DNA of 64,000 nt from Felis catus (GCF_018350175.1 NC_058368.1:98396001-98460000); one strand, 5' to 3'; positions 24,818-37,966 are shown, numbered from the stretch's first letter. A program made the numbers and translations. The notes: generated by a model not told the origin, from the sequence alone.

Positions 24818-26880
24818 TACTAGAGTTTATTTTTTAGAACAGCTTTATATTTACAGAAAAAAAAGAGCAGATAATAGGTTTCCTATAAACCCCCTCACAG
24901 TGTTTACTATTATTAATATCTTACACTGGTATCTTACATTTGTAACAACGAACCAATATTGATAAATTATTATTTACTAAAGTCTATTGTTGTTTGAATT
25001 TTCCTTAATTTACCACTAATTATACCCAATGCCATCCTTTATTCCAGGACTCTATCCATGTTATATTAAAATTAGACGTCATTTCCCCTCAGATTTGTCT
25101 TGAGCGTGACAGTTTTTCAGGTTTTCCTTGTTTTTGATGACGTTGACAGTTTTGAGGAGTGTTGGTCAAGTTATGTTGTAGAATACCCTTTTAGTGGAAT
25201 CTGTTCAAAGCTTTTTCATGGTTAGACTGAGAAAATAGGTTTTGGGGAGCAAGACCACAGAGGCAAAGTGCCATTTGCATCACATCATATCAAAGGTGCA
25301 AACTGTGAGCATGATTTATGACTGCTGACATTTACCTTGATCAGCTGGCTAAAGTGGTACTTGGCACAGTGCTCCACTATAAAGTTGAACTTGTGTCTCC
25401 TCCCTTCCATACTATGCTCTTTGGAAGAAGGTTACATTTAGGACAGAGGATGTATATAATTTATTTGTAATTCTTCTGTATGGACATTTTTTCTTTGCTC
25501 ATTAATCATTTAAACTTTTATATAAGTTAGTATGGACTCCTATTTATTTTATATTGAAGATTATGACGCCTACTTTATTGCTCAAGTTTTTCTGTACTTG
25601 GCCATTGGGAGTGTTTCATGTGGTTCCCATGCTCCTTAACATACCTTATCTTTGTATGTGTCTGTATGTGTATTTGAGCCCTTTGTTATTTTATCACATT
25701 AGAAGATGCTCCAGGTTCATGTTGAGTATGTCTACCCCTAGCCCTAGAGTCAACCAATTCTCCAAGGATCTCTGGTTCTTTTTACTAGAGAATGGTATCA
25801 TAAATCAGGCTCTGGGCACCAGATTTGCTCGTTGCTTGAGGTGTCATCATTTTAAGCCCTCTCAGCTCAGCTGATGGAACAAAGACAGATATGTGTGTAT
25901 ATTAACTCATGTATATACATAAGCAATGAACATTCCTACATGTCAAACCATCCATATCTATATTAAGTTAAGCATCAAGTATTAATGATATTCCCGACTG
26001 TAATATGTTACCACATGAATATCCTAAACTCCTCTCTTGGAGTTTTCCTTTATGTTCTTACATCACTTGTCTGTCCTTGAATGTTATCTACTTTTTCCAT
26101 TAGAAATCTTAACATATTAATCATAGTTACCTTAAATTCCCTATCTGATAATTCCGAAATGGATGAGTCAGCTTCTGATGCTTGTTTTGTCTCTTCAGTC
26201 TGTGGTTCATATTTTTTTTTTTATCATGCCTTATAACTTTATGGTGGAAAGGCAGGCATGATCTATTAGATAATAAAAACTGACACATAAGCACCTATGT
26301 GACGTTTTATGTTAAACTTGCTGGGACTTTGGCTCTGTTGAATGTTTGCTTTAGCTATAGGTACCAGTGGCTTCAGATTCCTCCAGTATCCTTGTTTATC
26401 CCTGTTGTGTTTGGGTTCCCTAGAACCAAATCTTAAATAGATTATATCTTACAGCTATTTCACATATAGTCCATAGTTACTATAGGAGCCCTGTTGTGTT
26501 ATGGAACCCGTGGGGGAAGGGAATCAGTCCATAATGTGATCACTAAATCTCACTTTTTTAGTGGGGCCTTGAATTCCAGGTCTGTGGCCTTCAGAAGTGT
26601 TTCTCAGCTCCTCTCCCTCACCCCCATTTACGTGAGACATGTAAACTAGAAGCTTGAGTTGACTAATTACTCTTCATCCAGGTTGGATAAGGTTCTGGTA
26701 AAGTCTTTGCTTAGTGAATAGACCTTTGTTATGGAGAATGATCTAGGCATATTTCACAATGGTTATTTTTGCTTTCTTCTTGCCAGAAGTGCAAAGTGGT
26801 TTTTCTTGGCTCTTTACCTTAGGAACCTGGTGGAGTTTCTGCAGGTAAAACCCATGAAAGTGTGGGACATACAAATTCTG
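24818..26880 (-). mobile_element. Ancient L1MC/L1MD-type fragments
   Basis: tttattttttagaacagctttatatttacagaaaa; ttgacagttttgaggagtgttggtcaag; tctccaaggatctctggttc; ORF1/5' region from ~26.05 kb. Confidence 0.75.
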
Positions 26881-29464
26881 ACCTGGCACAGAAGCTGCTG
26901 GATTCTTGTACTTGTCAACAAACTTGGTGAATTGCAGGGGCCTGAGTTTGAAAGAGAACAGCTCCTCAATCTAATTTGTGCTCCTTTGAATTTGAGCTGA
27001 GGGACGAGCAGTGTGAATGGATTTTACCCGAGCTCAAAGACTCTATCAGGATCCACAGGTCACAGGATTAGAATGTTTGTCAGTGTCTGTATCTGCACAT
27101 ACTGTGCATTTCCAACCACGAGGCCCTAACAGTTAGGTGCATGAGGTGACTTACTGAGTTAAATAATGCAGAGGTAGTCAGTTTCATTCCTGAGCACAGC
27201 TCCCTTGGAATTTCATAGTGGAAGGGAAGTTATAAGGAGACAACTTCTTTCCCATAGTGTAGGTACCTTTTGGTAAGGATAAATGGAATATTGGTGGTCA
27301 CACAGGCATCCTTCTTTTGGCTTGATAACTTATAGATGTATTCCAGAGTTCCAGGGAAGCTCAATCTGATAGGATAGTGATACTAATTACATGGGAAAAA
27401 GAGGAGATAAGAGTTCCCATGAATGGGGTATTTGGGAGAGCTTAAGGGAGAAAGTTCCTAAAGATAGTCTTAAAGATTGAGAAACTCTGGAGCAATTACA
27501 AGCTATGAGAGAATTGGAGATGAGAGACCAGGGAGGTTTTATAACATATTTTCCTGCTGTTGATCTGGAGGCCTTTGAACACAGCAACACATGCAGAGTG
27601 GTCTACATGGGCCTCTGACCTATATTTGACTTCTAAAAAAAAAAAAAAAGTAGAGGATCAAAAAGTTTTTGCTTCCATGTGGCATAGTAGAATAAATAAA
27701 CAAAATAAAAATGTGTCCTGTAAAATATTTTGATGCAGAATGTATCAAAAGATATGCTTTAAGAACACCTGGAACTCTTATAAGGATACTAAGATATCCA
27801 TATATTTTCATAGTAATTTTAAATGTTAAAAAAGGATGGAAAAATGTTGTGAATAATACACTTTTCCATGAAGTATTCATAATGATTCAGTGATCAGTCA
27901 CTTGAAGGAACATCATGGTCCATTTTTTGCTATGGAAAATTATGTTAAAGTTGTATTGCAACTAGCTTTTTAGTCAAATGTACTGATTTCTTGATATGAA
28001 AATGATGTAAAAAATGTGAATAACTAAACACTAAGATTCATTTCTTATAGATCTAAATATTCACGTAACCTTTAGACATGACTTTGCTAAGTTATTGTAT
28101 CTTGAACTTTAAAAACTTTCTGTCTCAAGAACAAGACTGATATTATAAGAAGATCCCAATGTTTGTCAATAAACTGCAGACCCTGAAAGAGAGGAAATGT
28201 TCACCGTTTGACTTATTAGAGACCTAAACATCTCCTTTTTAAAAATCTGGTGTTTTCATGTGGTGCCAAGTTGACTAGATCTTTATTCTATGTTTGTAAA
28301 ACTTCATCTTTCAAAGTTATAAACAATTTTTACCTCTAGGGTAGAGAATTAAGTTGTTAGATTCTTTCAGGGGCATACTCTGTTTCTCGGGACGAGAAAG
28401 GCTGTGGTTAGAGATTCAATTTTGTAGTGGTTGACCTTAGTTTTGAAGTTATGAATTAAGTGTCTGCCTGTTGATTTTAATGGTGTCATGGAGGGCAATA
28501 AAAGGGACTTGTCACTGCAATCAAAGCCAGTTGGACCTAGAGACACCACGTGCTTCAAATGATGAAAGAGTTGTGAGATGTGGATGTAATCACCTGTGAC
28601 ATTTGGAAGCTATCAGAGAGCTCCCTGGAAAATCGGCCCTGTAGAAACACTGAAGTTGGGCATACTTGGCTCTTTGAATAGCTGCCTCTAATATTATTTG
28701 GAGAAGGTATCCCAGAGCAGAGCCATGTTCCCTCCCTCATATAAAAAATTGGCAGAAACCATCTGCAGAGGACAATTGTATTCAACAGAACCAGAGGGTC
28801 GTTAGCTAAGAACACGGCTTAGATGACACCATAGAACCTAGGGCTAAGAGTGACCTGCCGAAGAGTCAGGTTGCTTGCCTAACACCAGTATATAGGGTTT
28901 GCTTACCTTTATGCATGTAATGTTCACTGGTCACTAGCTTTACCATCTTGACCACTAATGGCTGTCATCCACAGCTCACAGCAGTGCACTGTGAACCCAA
29001 AACCTAGAGAAACTTCCAATCCTAAGTGTTTCATGGAGACATTTGAGGCTGCGAGTTTTTTTCTGTATTTTCCCCTCTCTTCACTGGCAAAGTAACAGGC
29101 TATTTCCCAAATGATTGCTCTGTTCATTATTGTTACTGAAATATCATAAGCAACAATACCTTGTACCCCCCTGTTGTACTTATGTGCCGATCAAGGCTAC
29201 TGTTTTTCCACACTCTCACCACGTCTGCCAGTCCAAAGTGTGGGGCCTTGGAAAAGTTGTTTGAATTCAGGGAAACCAACCACGTGGGGTTATTATAAGG
29301 CTCATAAGAGACAACACCACTTCCTTTCATCTTGCCAGGCCCACTCATATCAAATATCACCCTCTCCCTTTGAATTCTACCAATTGTTTTGCCTATGTGT
29401 AAAGTTTATTGCATTCCCTTTGAATTCTCCTAGTACTTTTAAAAACCACCATAATTTGTCATTA

Positions 29465-29714
29465 TTTTTATTTTATTTTATTTTATTTTTTTAATGTTTA
29501 TTTTTGAGACAGAGAGAAAGAGAGAAAGAGTGCACATGCTAGCGGGGTAGGGGCAGAGAGAGAGGGAGACATAGAATCTGAAGCAGGCTCCAGGCTCCGT
29601 CTGAGCTGTCAGCACAGAGCCCGATGCAGGGCTTGAACTCACCAACTGTCAGATCATGACCTGAGCTGAAATTAAGAGCTGGATGCTTAACCAACTGAGC
29701 CATCCAGGTGCTCC
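29465..29714 (-). mobile_element. Can-SINE
   Basis: (TTTTA)n tail; TSD tttgtcatt. Confidence 0.93.
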
Positions 29715-30006
29715 ACAGTTTGTCATTTTTAATTAACTTATCGATCCTTTTCAAATAACTGTGTATTTTTTTAAGAGAATGAACATAACTTTTTCATGAA
29801 ACAATACAAGAGCAAAAGTATAAAGAAAATAGCACTTTTACTTCCATCAATCATTCAAATAGTTGTTTTATGTACATGCATATTAAACCGTGTATTAAGT
29901 GCAATTCCATTATAACTAGAAACAGTGTTGTTTTTGCATGTTTATATATGAATGATTTTATTTCATCTTTACAATAGAAGTTTTTCTCTACATTGGGCAA
30001 ACAACA

Positions 30007-30229
30007 TTTTTTTTAAGTTTATTTATTTTTGAAAGAGAGAGAGAGAGCAGGCATGAATGGAGGGAGCGGCAGAGAGAGAGAGCCAGAGACAGAGATAGAG
30101 TATCCCAAGCAGGCTTCATGCTGTCAACACAGAGCTTGACATGGTTGCTCGAACTCATGAACTGTGAGATCATGATTTGAGCCGAAATCAAGAGTTGGGT
30201 GCTTACCAGCTGAGCCACCCAGGCACCCC
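30007..30229 (-). mobile_element. Can-SINE
   Basis: Ends ccacccaggcacccc; TSD tgggcaaa. Confidence 0.93.
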
Positions 30230-30824
30230 TGGGCAAATTACTTGTGTGTGTGAAAGTTTTTGTGTGAGAAGTGGCCAATATTATAGATTTTAACTATAAA
30301 ACTTTAGAGTTGATTCAGACATTTGAGTAATTCAGTAGACTACATGTAACAGTATGACTTCATAGTGAAATTTCAGGCTCCAGAATCTTACATAAGTAAC
30401 GTAGATAGATAATTTCCACTTCAGAGCCTGAAGAACAACAAAATACTGTTTAATCATTGGAATGTCATAATGGTAGCCCATTAATGAAAATAGGCTCATA
30501 CAATTAATGTGCCCAACACAGAATGTTTGAAATGTAAACAAAGGTATTGGTAGAAAAGAAACATTGGTACCAATTGAAAGTAGACTTATAATTGACTTAA
30601 GGAATTTAAATTAGGTACAGTGTTTGTAGACAGAGTACAAAAGTAGAAAAATCACCATCACATCTTCTCGTATCTTCCCCTCCCATCCCTTCTGCTGCCT
30701 ACATTGTGTTGAAGCCAGCATTGGCCAGTTTTTATGTCCAGACAAATTTTTCTTTCTAAAGCTCAGTCCCAGCTGCTTACTTAAAGGCACTACAGCCTGT
30801 GGTACTCTAATTACTTTAAGCTAC

Positions 30825-31027
30825 TTATGTATTTATATATTTATAGATAAAGAGACAGAGCGAGCGAGCTGGGGAGCAGCTGAGAGACAGCAGGAGAGAG
30901 AATCCCAAGCAGGCTCCACACTGTCAATGCAAAGCCCGATGTGGGGCTCAAACCCATAAACTGTGAGATCATGACCTGAGCCGAAACCAAGTCAGACCCT
31001 TTACTGAATGAGCCACCTGGGTGCCCC
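30825..31027 (-). mobile_element. Can-SINE
   Basis: agaatcccaagcaggctcc...gagatcatgacctgagccgaa...gtgcccc. Confidence 0.92.
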
Positions 31028-31878
31028 TGACCTTTTCTAATCTTACCTAGAATCCAGAGATTTCCCCCTGTGAAATAACTGAAAAGATAGCTGAAATTAG
31101 GTAGGTATTTCTTCCCTTGGAAATATTTTTAATTCCCCCCCTCGACCTTTTTTTTTTTTTAGAGATACTGGTTCTCTTTGTGTTTGCTTTAGTTAAGCTG
31201 TTAGGTAGGACTAGGGTATTTCCTTAGGAAACCTGTTAGTTTATTTCTATCAAGGACACACTTGCTTAGAGAACTCTTGCTCATGAGTATATTCAAGGCT
31301 TTCTGTCAAGAAGGGAAACTCTTTTCCCTCCACTTTCAAAGGAATGCGGTCTTCAGAGTGGGCTATGTGAACAAGCCAAGGCCCTGGAGCACCAGGGTTT
31401 AGGTTGAATCCTTCTCCCTTTAAAATTTTGTTTTGGTTTATATGTTTTATAAATATTGCAGAAAAACATTACAGTAGATATTACAGTAGATTACAGTAGA
31501 TGTTACAGAAAAATGTCAATGTCAAGCTGTTAAGCACATAAAAATATATATGCTTATGACACATGAAATGCATTTTCAATAGTCGAGATAAACAACAGTA
31601 GGTAGGTACCAAAATTGAATTTGACAACAGATCAATCGAAACATAGGATGTTGTATGTTGGTATTCCTCAATACGGGGGCTGCATTTTTTTTTTGCAGTA
31701 CTTTAAACTTTGTTTTCTTTGCTTAGAGTGTATTATTAAAGAGGTAGCTTTGATGAGCCAGAGTGCTGCAATATTATTAATGTAATGAATGCTCCGTGAG
31801 TTGGAGAAGGCATTGAATAGCTATTTAAGTTAGGTTCTTGGTAAGAGAAAATACAGACTTGTAAATACTATTTCTTTT

Positions 31879-31904
31879 ATTTATTTATTTATTTATCTAT
31901 CTAT

Positions 31905-31943
<39 letters not shown>

Positions 31944-31955
31944 TAATGTTTATTT

Positions 31956-31991
<36 letters not shown>

Positions 31992-32205
31992 TAATGTTTA
32001 TTTATTTTTGAGAGAGAGAGACAGAGCATGAGTGCGGAAGGGACAGAGAGAGAGGGAGACAAAGAATCCGAAGCAGGCTCCAGGTTCTGAGCTGTCAGCG
32101 CTTGAATTCACGAACTTGAATTCAAAGGGCTTGAATTCACGAACTGTGAGATCATGACCTGAGCCAAGGTCGGATGCTTAACCGACCGAGCCACCCAGGC
32201 ACCCC
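31879..32205 (-). mobile_element. Can-SINE with duplicated (TTTA)n tail and rearranged B-box region
   Basis: TSD aatactatttctttt (31864-31878, 32206-32220). Confidence 0.95.
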
Positions 32206-32839
32206 AATACTATTTCTTTTTAGAACAAGGTGCCAATCTAGTAATATAGGTATCAAATTTGCATGCTGACCTTGATTATTCCATTTCAGTAATGAGTAAG
32301 AGTATTCATCTTCTTTAGTGAATGGCTGGCAGCTTTATTCACCTGAGGGTTGAGCACAACAGAGAGAAATATTAACACATTTTTATCTACCCAGTAGAAA
32401 CTTGTAAGGCAGTCAACTTTGTGGGATGATGAAAATTATCTCCCACCAGCATCATAGTAGGAAGCTCATGTAAAATTAAACCAGTCAAGGTTTGGACTAA
32501 CAATTGAATAGCACCTTAATCTCAGAAAAACCTGAGTAAAATGCATTGACGGAAATTATGACCTGGGTATTTCCAGTTGGCACTTAATTTGCGTTTGTTT
32601 AAACTCTACACTTCTCTATGATTTGTGTCAAAGACCTTCAGCTGTTGGCTCTACCTAGCGTCCTGGGCATTGTGGCTTTCACATTTTCAGTTATACTGCA
32701 TACTACTTGTTTACAGCAGAGACTACTGAAACAGGACATCTGTAAATTCCCAAAGCCAAAGCTATGCGGGTAGTATGCCCCATCATTATTCTTCTGTTAA
32801 ACGCTCTGTGTAACTTAATGGAAAAGAACAATAATTTTT

Positions 32840-33049
32840 AAAAAAAATTTTTTTCAACGTTTATTTATTTTTGGGACAGAGAGAGACAGAGCATGAATGG
32901 GGGAGGGGCAGAGAGAGAGGGAGACACAGAATCGGAAGCAGGCCCCAGGCTCTGAGCCATCAGCCCAGAGCCTGACGCGGGTCACGGACCGCGAGATCGT
33001 GACCTGGCTGAAGTCGGACGCTTAACCGACTGCGCCACCCAGGCGCCCC
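32840..33049 (-). mobile_element. Young Felis-type Can-SINE with 8-bp B-box deletion
   Basis: CpG-intact; TSD gaacaataattttt (32826-32839, 33050-33063). Confidence 0.97.
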
Positions 33050-33304
33050 GAACAATAATTTTTTTTAATTAGTCTGTTCGTGTTTTGCATTTCTTGGGGT
33101 TTTTATTTTGGGCCATTTATATTTTTGTAAGGAAATCATTTCTTCTAACTTTTCAAACACACTGCCTTTGAGTTGTAAATATTACTTTGATTTCACCTTT
33201 TCTGTGCCTGTACCAACTTTCTCTTAATTTTGTATCTTTATCTCTCTCTCATTTGCTCTTGCTCTCTTTCTCCTTCTCTCTTATGTTGGAATAAGAAGAG
33301 GGTT

Positions 33305-33497
33305 GGGGCGCCAGGGTGGCTCAGTCATTTGAGCATCTGACTCTTGATTTCGGCTCGGGTCATGATCCCAGGGTCATGGGATTGTACGCCTAGTCAGGCT
33401 ATTGCTGAGCATAGAATCTGCTTAAGATTTTCTCTCTCTTTTTTTCTCTCTCTCTCACTTCTGTCTCTCTCTAAAAAAAAAAAAAAAATTAAAAAGA
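33305..33497 (+). mobile_element. Can-SINE (older)
   Basis: ggggcgccagggtggctcag head, (CT)n, A tail. Confidence 0.92.
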
Positions 33498-33499
33498 AG

Positions 33500-34040
33500 G
33501 TTAACAACTTCATCATTACAGAGAACCACCTTTTGAATTTTTAAAATTAATTTGGTTATTTTATGATTTATTAATTTCAGCTTTTATCTCTGTTAATTTG
33601 ATAATTTCTTTCAATTATGTTGTCCTTTTTTCCTAATGTTTATATGAAACTTGTTTTCTTCATCTTTCAATCTTTCTTTGTTAATGCTGAAGTAATTAAA
33701 AGTGCATTTTCTGAGCACAGTGTTTAGTATGTCCTGTAGATTGACTCTACAAAGTATAGTCTTTTCAATGACTTCAATATGTTTTACAGTTTTCTATAGA
33801 TTTTTCTCTTTGATACATGAGTTATCCAAGGAGTCTATTTCTTAATTTCTAATGACTTAGGTAGGTACATCCTTTTTTGTTATTCTAATTTTATGGGATT
33901 TTTGTCAGAGGATCTGATGTGTTAATTTTCTGCTTTTTAATTTGTGTAGTTTCTGTATGTCCAAGGAAACGGTTACATATTTTCATATTGCATAAACATA
34001 AGAAAAAACCGTTCTCCATTTGAAGGATGTAAGATTTTAT
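33500..34040 (-). mobile_element. Very old L1 (L1ME-like) fragments
   Basis: T-rich antisense L1-like text (attaatttcagcttttatc, tttctctttgatacatgagtt); highly diverged. Confidence 0.5.
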
Positions 34041-34080
34041 GTACATGTGTGGGTGTGAGTGTGTGTTCAAGGTAATTGGA

Positions 34081-34282
34081 TTTTTTAAAGTTTATTTATT
34101 TATTTTAAGAGAGAGAGAGGGAACACAAATGGGGAAGGGTCAGAGAGAGAGGGGGGAGAGAGAGAATCCCAAGCAGGCTCCAGATGCCTGACTCAAAGCT
34201 CAAACTCACAAACCATGAGCTCTTCACCTAAGCTGAAAATCTAGTCAGATGCTTAACCATCTGAGCCACCCATGTGCACCCC
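34081..34282 (-). mobile_element. Can-SINE
   Basis: TSD gtaattggatttttt/gtattggatttttt. Confidence 0.9.
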
Positions 34283-34321
34283 AGAGTATTGGATTTTTTA
34301 ACTTCAGTTCTTACATACCTT

Positions 34322-34646
34322 TTCTTAGTTTCAGCTGCTATAACAAAATACCATAGACTGAGTATCTTCTAAACCATAGAAATTTAGTTTTCGCAGTTCT
34401 GGAAGCTGGAAATTGGACATGAGGGTGCCAGAGGTCAGTCCCCATCCTGGTTGCAGATTGCCAATCTTTCCCGGGGTCACCTCAGGTGGAAGGGGTGAAG
34501 GAGCTCTTTTGGACTCTTTTATAAGGACATTAATCTCATTCATGAGGCTCTCTCCCCAGAGTCCCTGACTCCTAATACTATCTCAGTGGGCAGTAGGATT
34601 TCAAAGTAAGAACTTTGGAGGGGAAACAAATGTACAGATCATAACA
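34322..34646 (-). mobile_element. MLT1A-type MaLR solo LTR
   Basis: gctgctataacaaaataccatagactg...cagttctggaagctgg...ttttataaggacattaatctcattcatgagg...cagatcataaca; 5-bp TSD acctt. Confidence 0.88.
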
Positions 34647-34732
34647 ACCTTTACTGATTTTTGCCTGTTAGATTCGTCCAAGACAGGAAGAGAGGGGTAT
34701 CTTCGTTTCCTAGTCTAATTTTAATCAAAGGC

Positions 34733-34840
34733 TTTTTCTTTTTCTTTTTCTTTTCTTTTCTTTTCTTTTCTTTTCTTTTCTTTTCTTTTCTCTTTTCTTT
34801 TGTTTTTTGTTTTTTGTTTTTTGTTTCTTTGTTTTTTTTT
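34733..34840. repeat. (TTTTC)n/(TTTTTG)n microsatellite
   Basis: Direct inspection. Confidence 0.92.
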
Positions 34841-35094
34841 GCATTTTTGGTAGGTTTTGCCATCCATATTTATCTGTTGCTCTTTTTGGCACAAAGAATT
34901 TTCTCAATCTGTTTCCTTTTTTTTTTTTTTAATAATTTAGGAATTTTCTTACTGAGTTCTCTTTGGTTTGATCTTCAATTCTTTGAACCTTAAATTCTAC
35001 CTTGTTTGATGCTTTCTATTTGAATTTTTAATTTATCTATTTTAAATGTTTCTTTTAAACATCACATAGCTGTTTGTTTTTTACCATAGTCTCT

Positions 35095-35311
35095 TTATTT
35101 TATTTTATTTTATTTTATTTTATTTTATTTTATTTTAAATATTTATTTATTTTGAGAGATGGGGAGAGAGAAAGAGAGCATGCAAATGGGGGAGGGACAG
35201 AGAAAGAAGGAGAGAGAGAGAGAATCCCAACCAGGCTCTGCACCCTAAGATCATGACCTGAGCAGAAGTCTCAAGTCAGCCTAATAAATGACTGAGTCAC
35301 CCAGCTACTCC
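35095..35311 (-). mobile_element. Can-SINE with ~40-bp internal deletion
   Basis: ggctctgcacc joined to taagatcatgacctgag. Confidence 0.88.
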
Positions 35312-35326
35312 ATGATGATCTTTGTA

Positions 35327-35585
35327 TTTTATTTTATTTTATTTATTTTATTTTTTTATAAAGTTTTTTTTTTAATTTTTTTTTATGTTTACTTATTTTT
35401 GATAGAGAGAGACAGAGCACAAGTGGGGGAGGGGCAGAGAGAGAAGGAGACAAAGAATCTGAAGCAGGTTCCAGGCTCCGAGATGTCAGCACAGAGCCCG
35501 ACGTGGGGCTCAGACCCACAAACTGGGAGATCATGACCTGAGCCGAAGTCGGACGCTTAAACCGACTGAGCCACCCAGGCGCCCC
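35327..35585 (-). mobile_element. Can-SINE
   Basis: TSD atgatgatctttgtattt/atgatgatatttgtattt. Confidence 0.95.
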
Positions 35586-35710
35586 GATGATGATATTTGT
35601 ATTTTAATTAAAGAACTTCGATGCTTCACTTTTAGGGTAATGACTGATAGGCTTTATCTCTGTGAGTTTGCTATATTATTTTACATGGATGTTTTTTTGT
35701 TCACTTTTTT

Positions 35711-35831
35711 CTTTTCTTTTTCTTTTTTCTTTTTTTTTTTCAAGTAGGCTCTGTGCCCAACATGGGGGTTGGACTCATGACCCTGAAATCAAGAGTCAGT
35801 TGCTCTACTGACTGAGCTAGCCAGGTGTCCC
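35711..35831 (-). mobile_element. Short old Can-SINE
   Basis: T tail plus aagtaggctctgtgcccaacatgggg...ccaggtgtccc; TSD tgttcacttttt. Confidence 0.88.
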
Positions 35832-36664
35832 TGTTCACTTTTTTCTTACCATTGTTGATTTCGATTAGTATGCTTTTAAATTTTTTTCTTGTTAATTTTG
35901 AAGCTCCTCAGGCTTTTTCATGCAATATTAACTCTCCTCCAGCTTTCACATCTCATACTACTGTATTTACATGCCTCATCTCCTGGCCTCATTCTCTCAA
36001 CTGTTTATCTTTTCCCTCTTGTTTACTAAATCGGTATTTTCCTGTTTGCTCTGAAATGTTTTCTGCTTCATACTCGAGAATCTAAAGTTGTCCCACAAGT
36101 TATTCTGCTATTCTTTAATGTAGTGTTTAGTTGGGAATGCATGTTCTCCTAAGATCCAGAAAAGCGTTTTTCCCTGTGTGATTATATACCTGAATTTTCT
36201 TAAATGCATCTTCCACTGTTACAGTTGCTGTCTAAATCATCTAAGACCTTTACTTCATGTTCTGATTGATTTTATTTACTCCGCAAGCTTCTGAATACCT
36301 AGAGATACACTGCCATTTTTCTCTTTTGGCTACTTGGGGTTTAGATTCCCTTGCTGGAGTACCCTAAGAGGTAGCATCTTTACCAGTGGTAGAAGGTGAC
36401 TTTGTTGAGACAGGCTGCACCTGAAGAAGCAGGCAGGTTCCCAGGTGGAAGCTTTTCTGCTCCTCAAGCTCCTTATGTTCTTGGTGTACAGAGAGAATTA
36501 AGTTATTGTTTATTACCATCTTGTCATCTTGTGAGTAATGGGAGATCAGGAATACCAGGAGGGGGAATGGACAGTGTTGACTTTTCTTAAAGGTATCACA
36601 GATATCACTGCTTTCCACTCTTCACTTGTGGGTTCCCCAAAGTTGGGTTTTAGACAGTCACCCA

Positions 36665-36885
36665 GGGGCACCTGGGTGGCTCAGTCAGTTAAGCGTCTGA
36701 CTCTTAGTTTCGGCTCAGGTCCTGATATGGTTCCTGAGTTCGATCTCCTCATCGGGCTCTGAACTGACAGTGTGGAGCCTGCTTGGGATTCTCTTTCTCT
36801 CTCCTTCTCTGCCCCTCCGCTGCTTGTGCTCTCTTTCTCTCAAAAATAAATGAACTTAAAAATAAATAAAAAAATAAATAAAAAT
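36665..36885 (+). mobile_element. Can-SINE
   Basis: Full head, CT region, A-rich tail. Confidence 0.95.
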
Positions 36886-36894
36886 AGACACCCA

Positions 36895-36947
36895 TGTATG
36901 GAAACCAATTTGACAATAAACTTCATATATTGAAAAAAAAAAAAAAA
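36895..36947 (+). mobile_element. Extremely 5'-truncated feline L1 (38 nt + poly-A)
   Basis: tgtatggaaaccaatttgacaataaacttcatatattg(A)15 matches the L1 end at ~48884-48921; flanked by agacaccca on both sides. Confidence 0.9.
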
Positions 36948-37754
36948 GACACCCAGCCACTGGAATAAAGCTTCTTGTAAATCATCTCAGCCAGAACTTT
37001 CAAAAAGTCTAATTCCAGACTTCCTCTTTTGAGCTAAGGAGCTGCTGGGACCTGGGAGGAAGGCTATGTTCCTTTTCTGTCTCCCCCTCAAAAATGATCA
37101 GACTTATTGGTAGCTTTAGGGCCACCAGTGAGATAAGGTGAGATATGCAGTATTCAGGGAGATACATTTCTGTTGCTTCTCAGGTAGGTATGTACCATGA
37201 GCAGAGCCTGCTTTCCCACTGGCCTGGTGTTGCCTGTGCCCCGGTTCTGAACTAAAAATTCACCTGTGTTTGGCTTTATAAATGCCAGGGTATTTCACAA
37301 AGCTATTCTAAAAGTATCAGTTACGTTATAACAAAATCTTCGCGTTATATCTCCATTAAATCTGATGTTTTACTTTAAAATGAAAATATAATAAATTTGT
37401 CCATGTAAGTTGTGAAGATTATCCAAAATTTAGATCTAATTAGCAAGCTCAACTACATTTTATGGAGTTTTAGAAAGACTTAAGTTCTCTCATTAGTATT
37501 CATGATTTATAATAAATAAAAGGATAGAAGTGGTTGCATAAAAATGTAATCTCTATCAGCTCAGTGGTTGGACTTTTAATTATGAAGCATCCTCCTCTGT
37601 GTAAAGAATATTGCCCTTTTTTCACATTGTTAAATTATTTATTATTATCATTAGATGCTCTTCATTTTTTTCTCTTGATTTTCTCTCTCTAATCACAGTT
37701 TAGCATCATGAGAATAAGAATATTCCTTAGAATATTTATGGTAATAATATTTTT

Positions 37755-37966
37755 TTATTTTATTAAAAAATTTTTAATGTTTATTTTCTTCAGAGAGAGA
37801 GCGAGAGAGAGAGCATGCACACAAGTGGGGGAGGGGTAGAGAGAGACAGGCTACAGGCTCTGAACTGTCAGCACAAAGCCTGACACAGGGCTCAAACTCA
37901 CCAACCATGAGATCATGACCTAAGCCAAAAGTGGATGCTAAATCAACTGAGCCACCCAGGAGCCCC
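37755..37966 (-). mobile_element. Can-SINE
   Basis: TSD tatggtaataatattttt. Confidence 0.94.

Noticed and set aside
32717..32769. Possible + strand exon (QRLLKQDICKFPKPKLC)
   Set aside because: Weak donor (gtagta), unrecognised peptide, no partner exons
34651..34993. Lys/Arg-rich and Phe-rich ORFs
   Set aside because: Produced by (TTTTC)n low complexity
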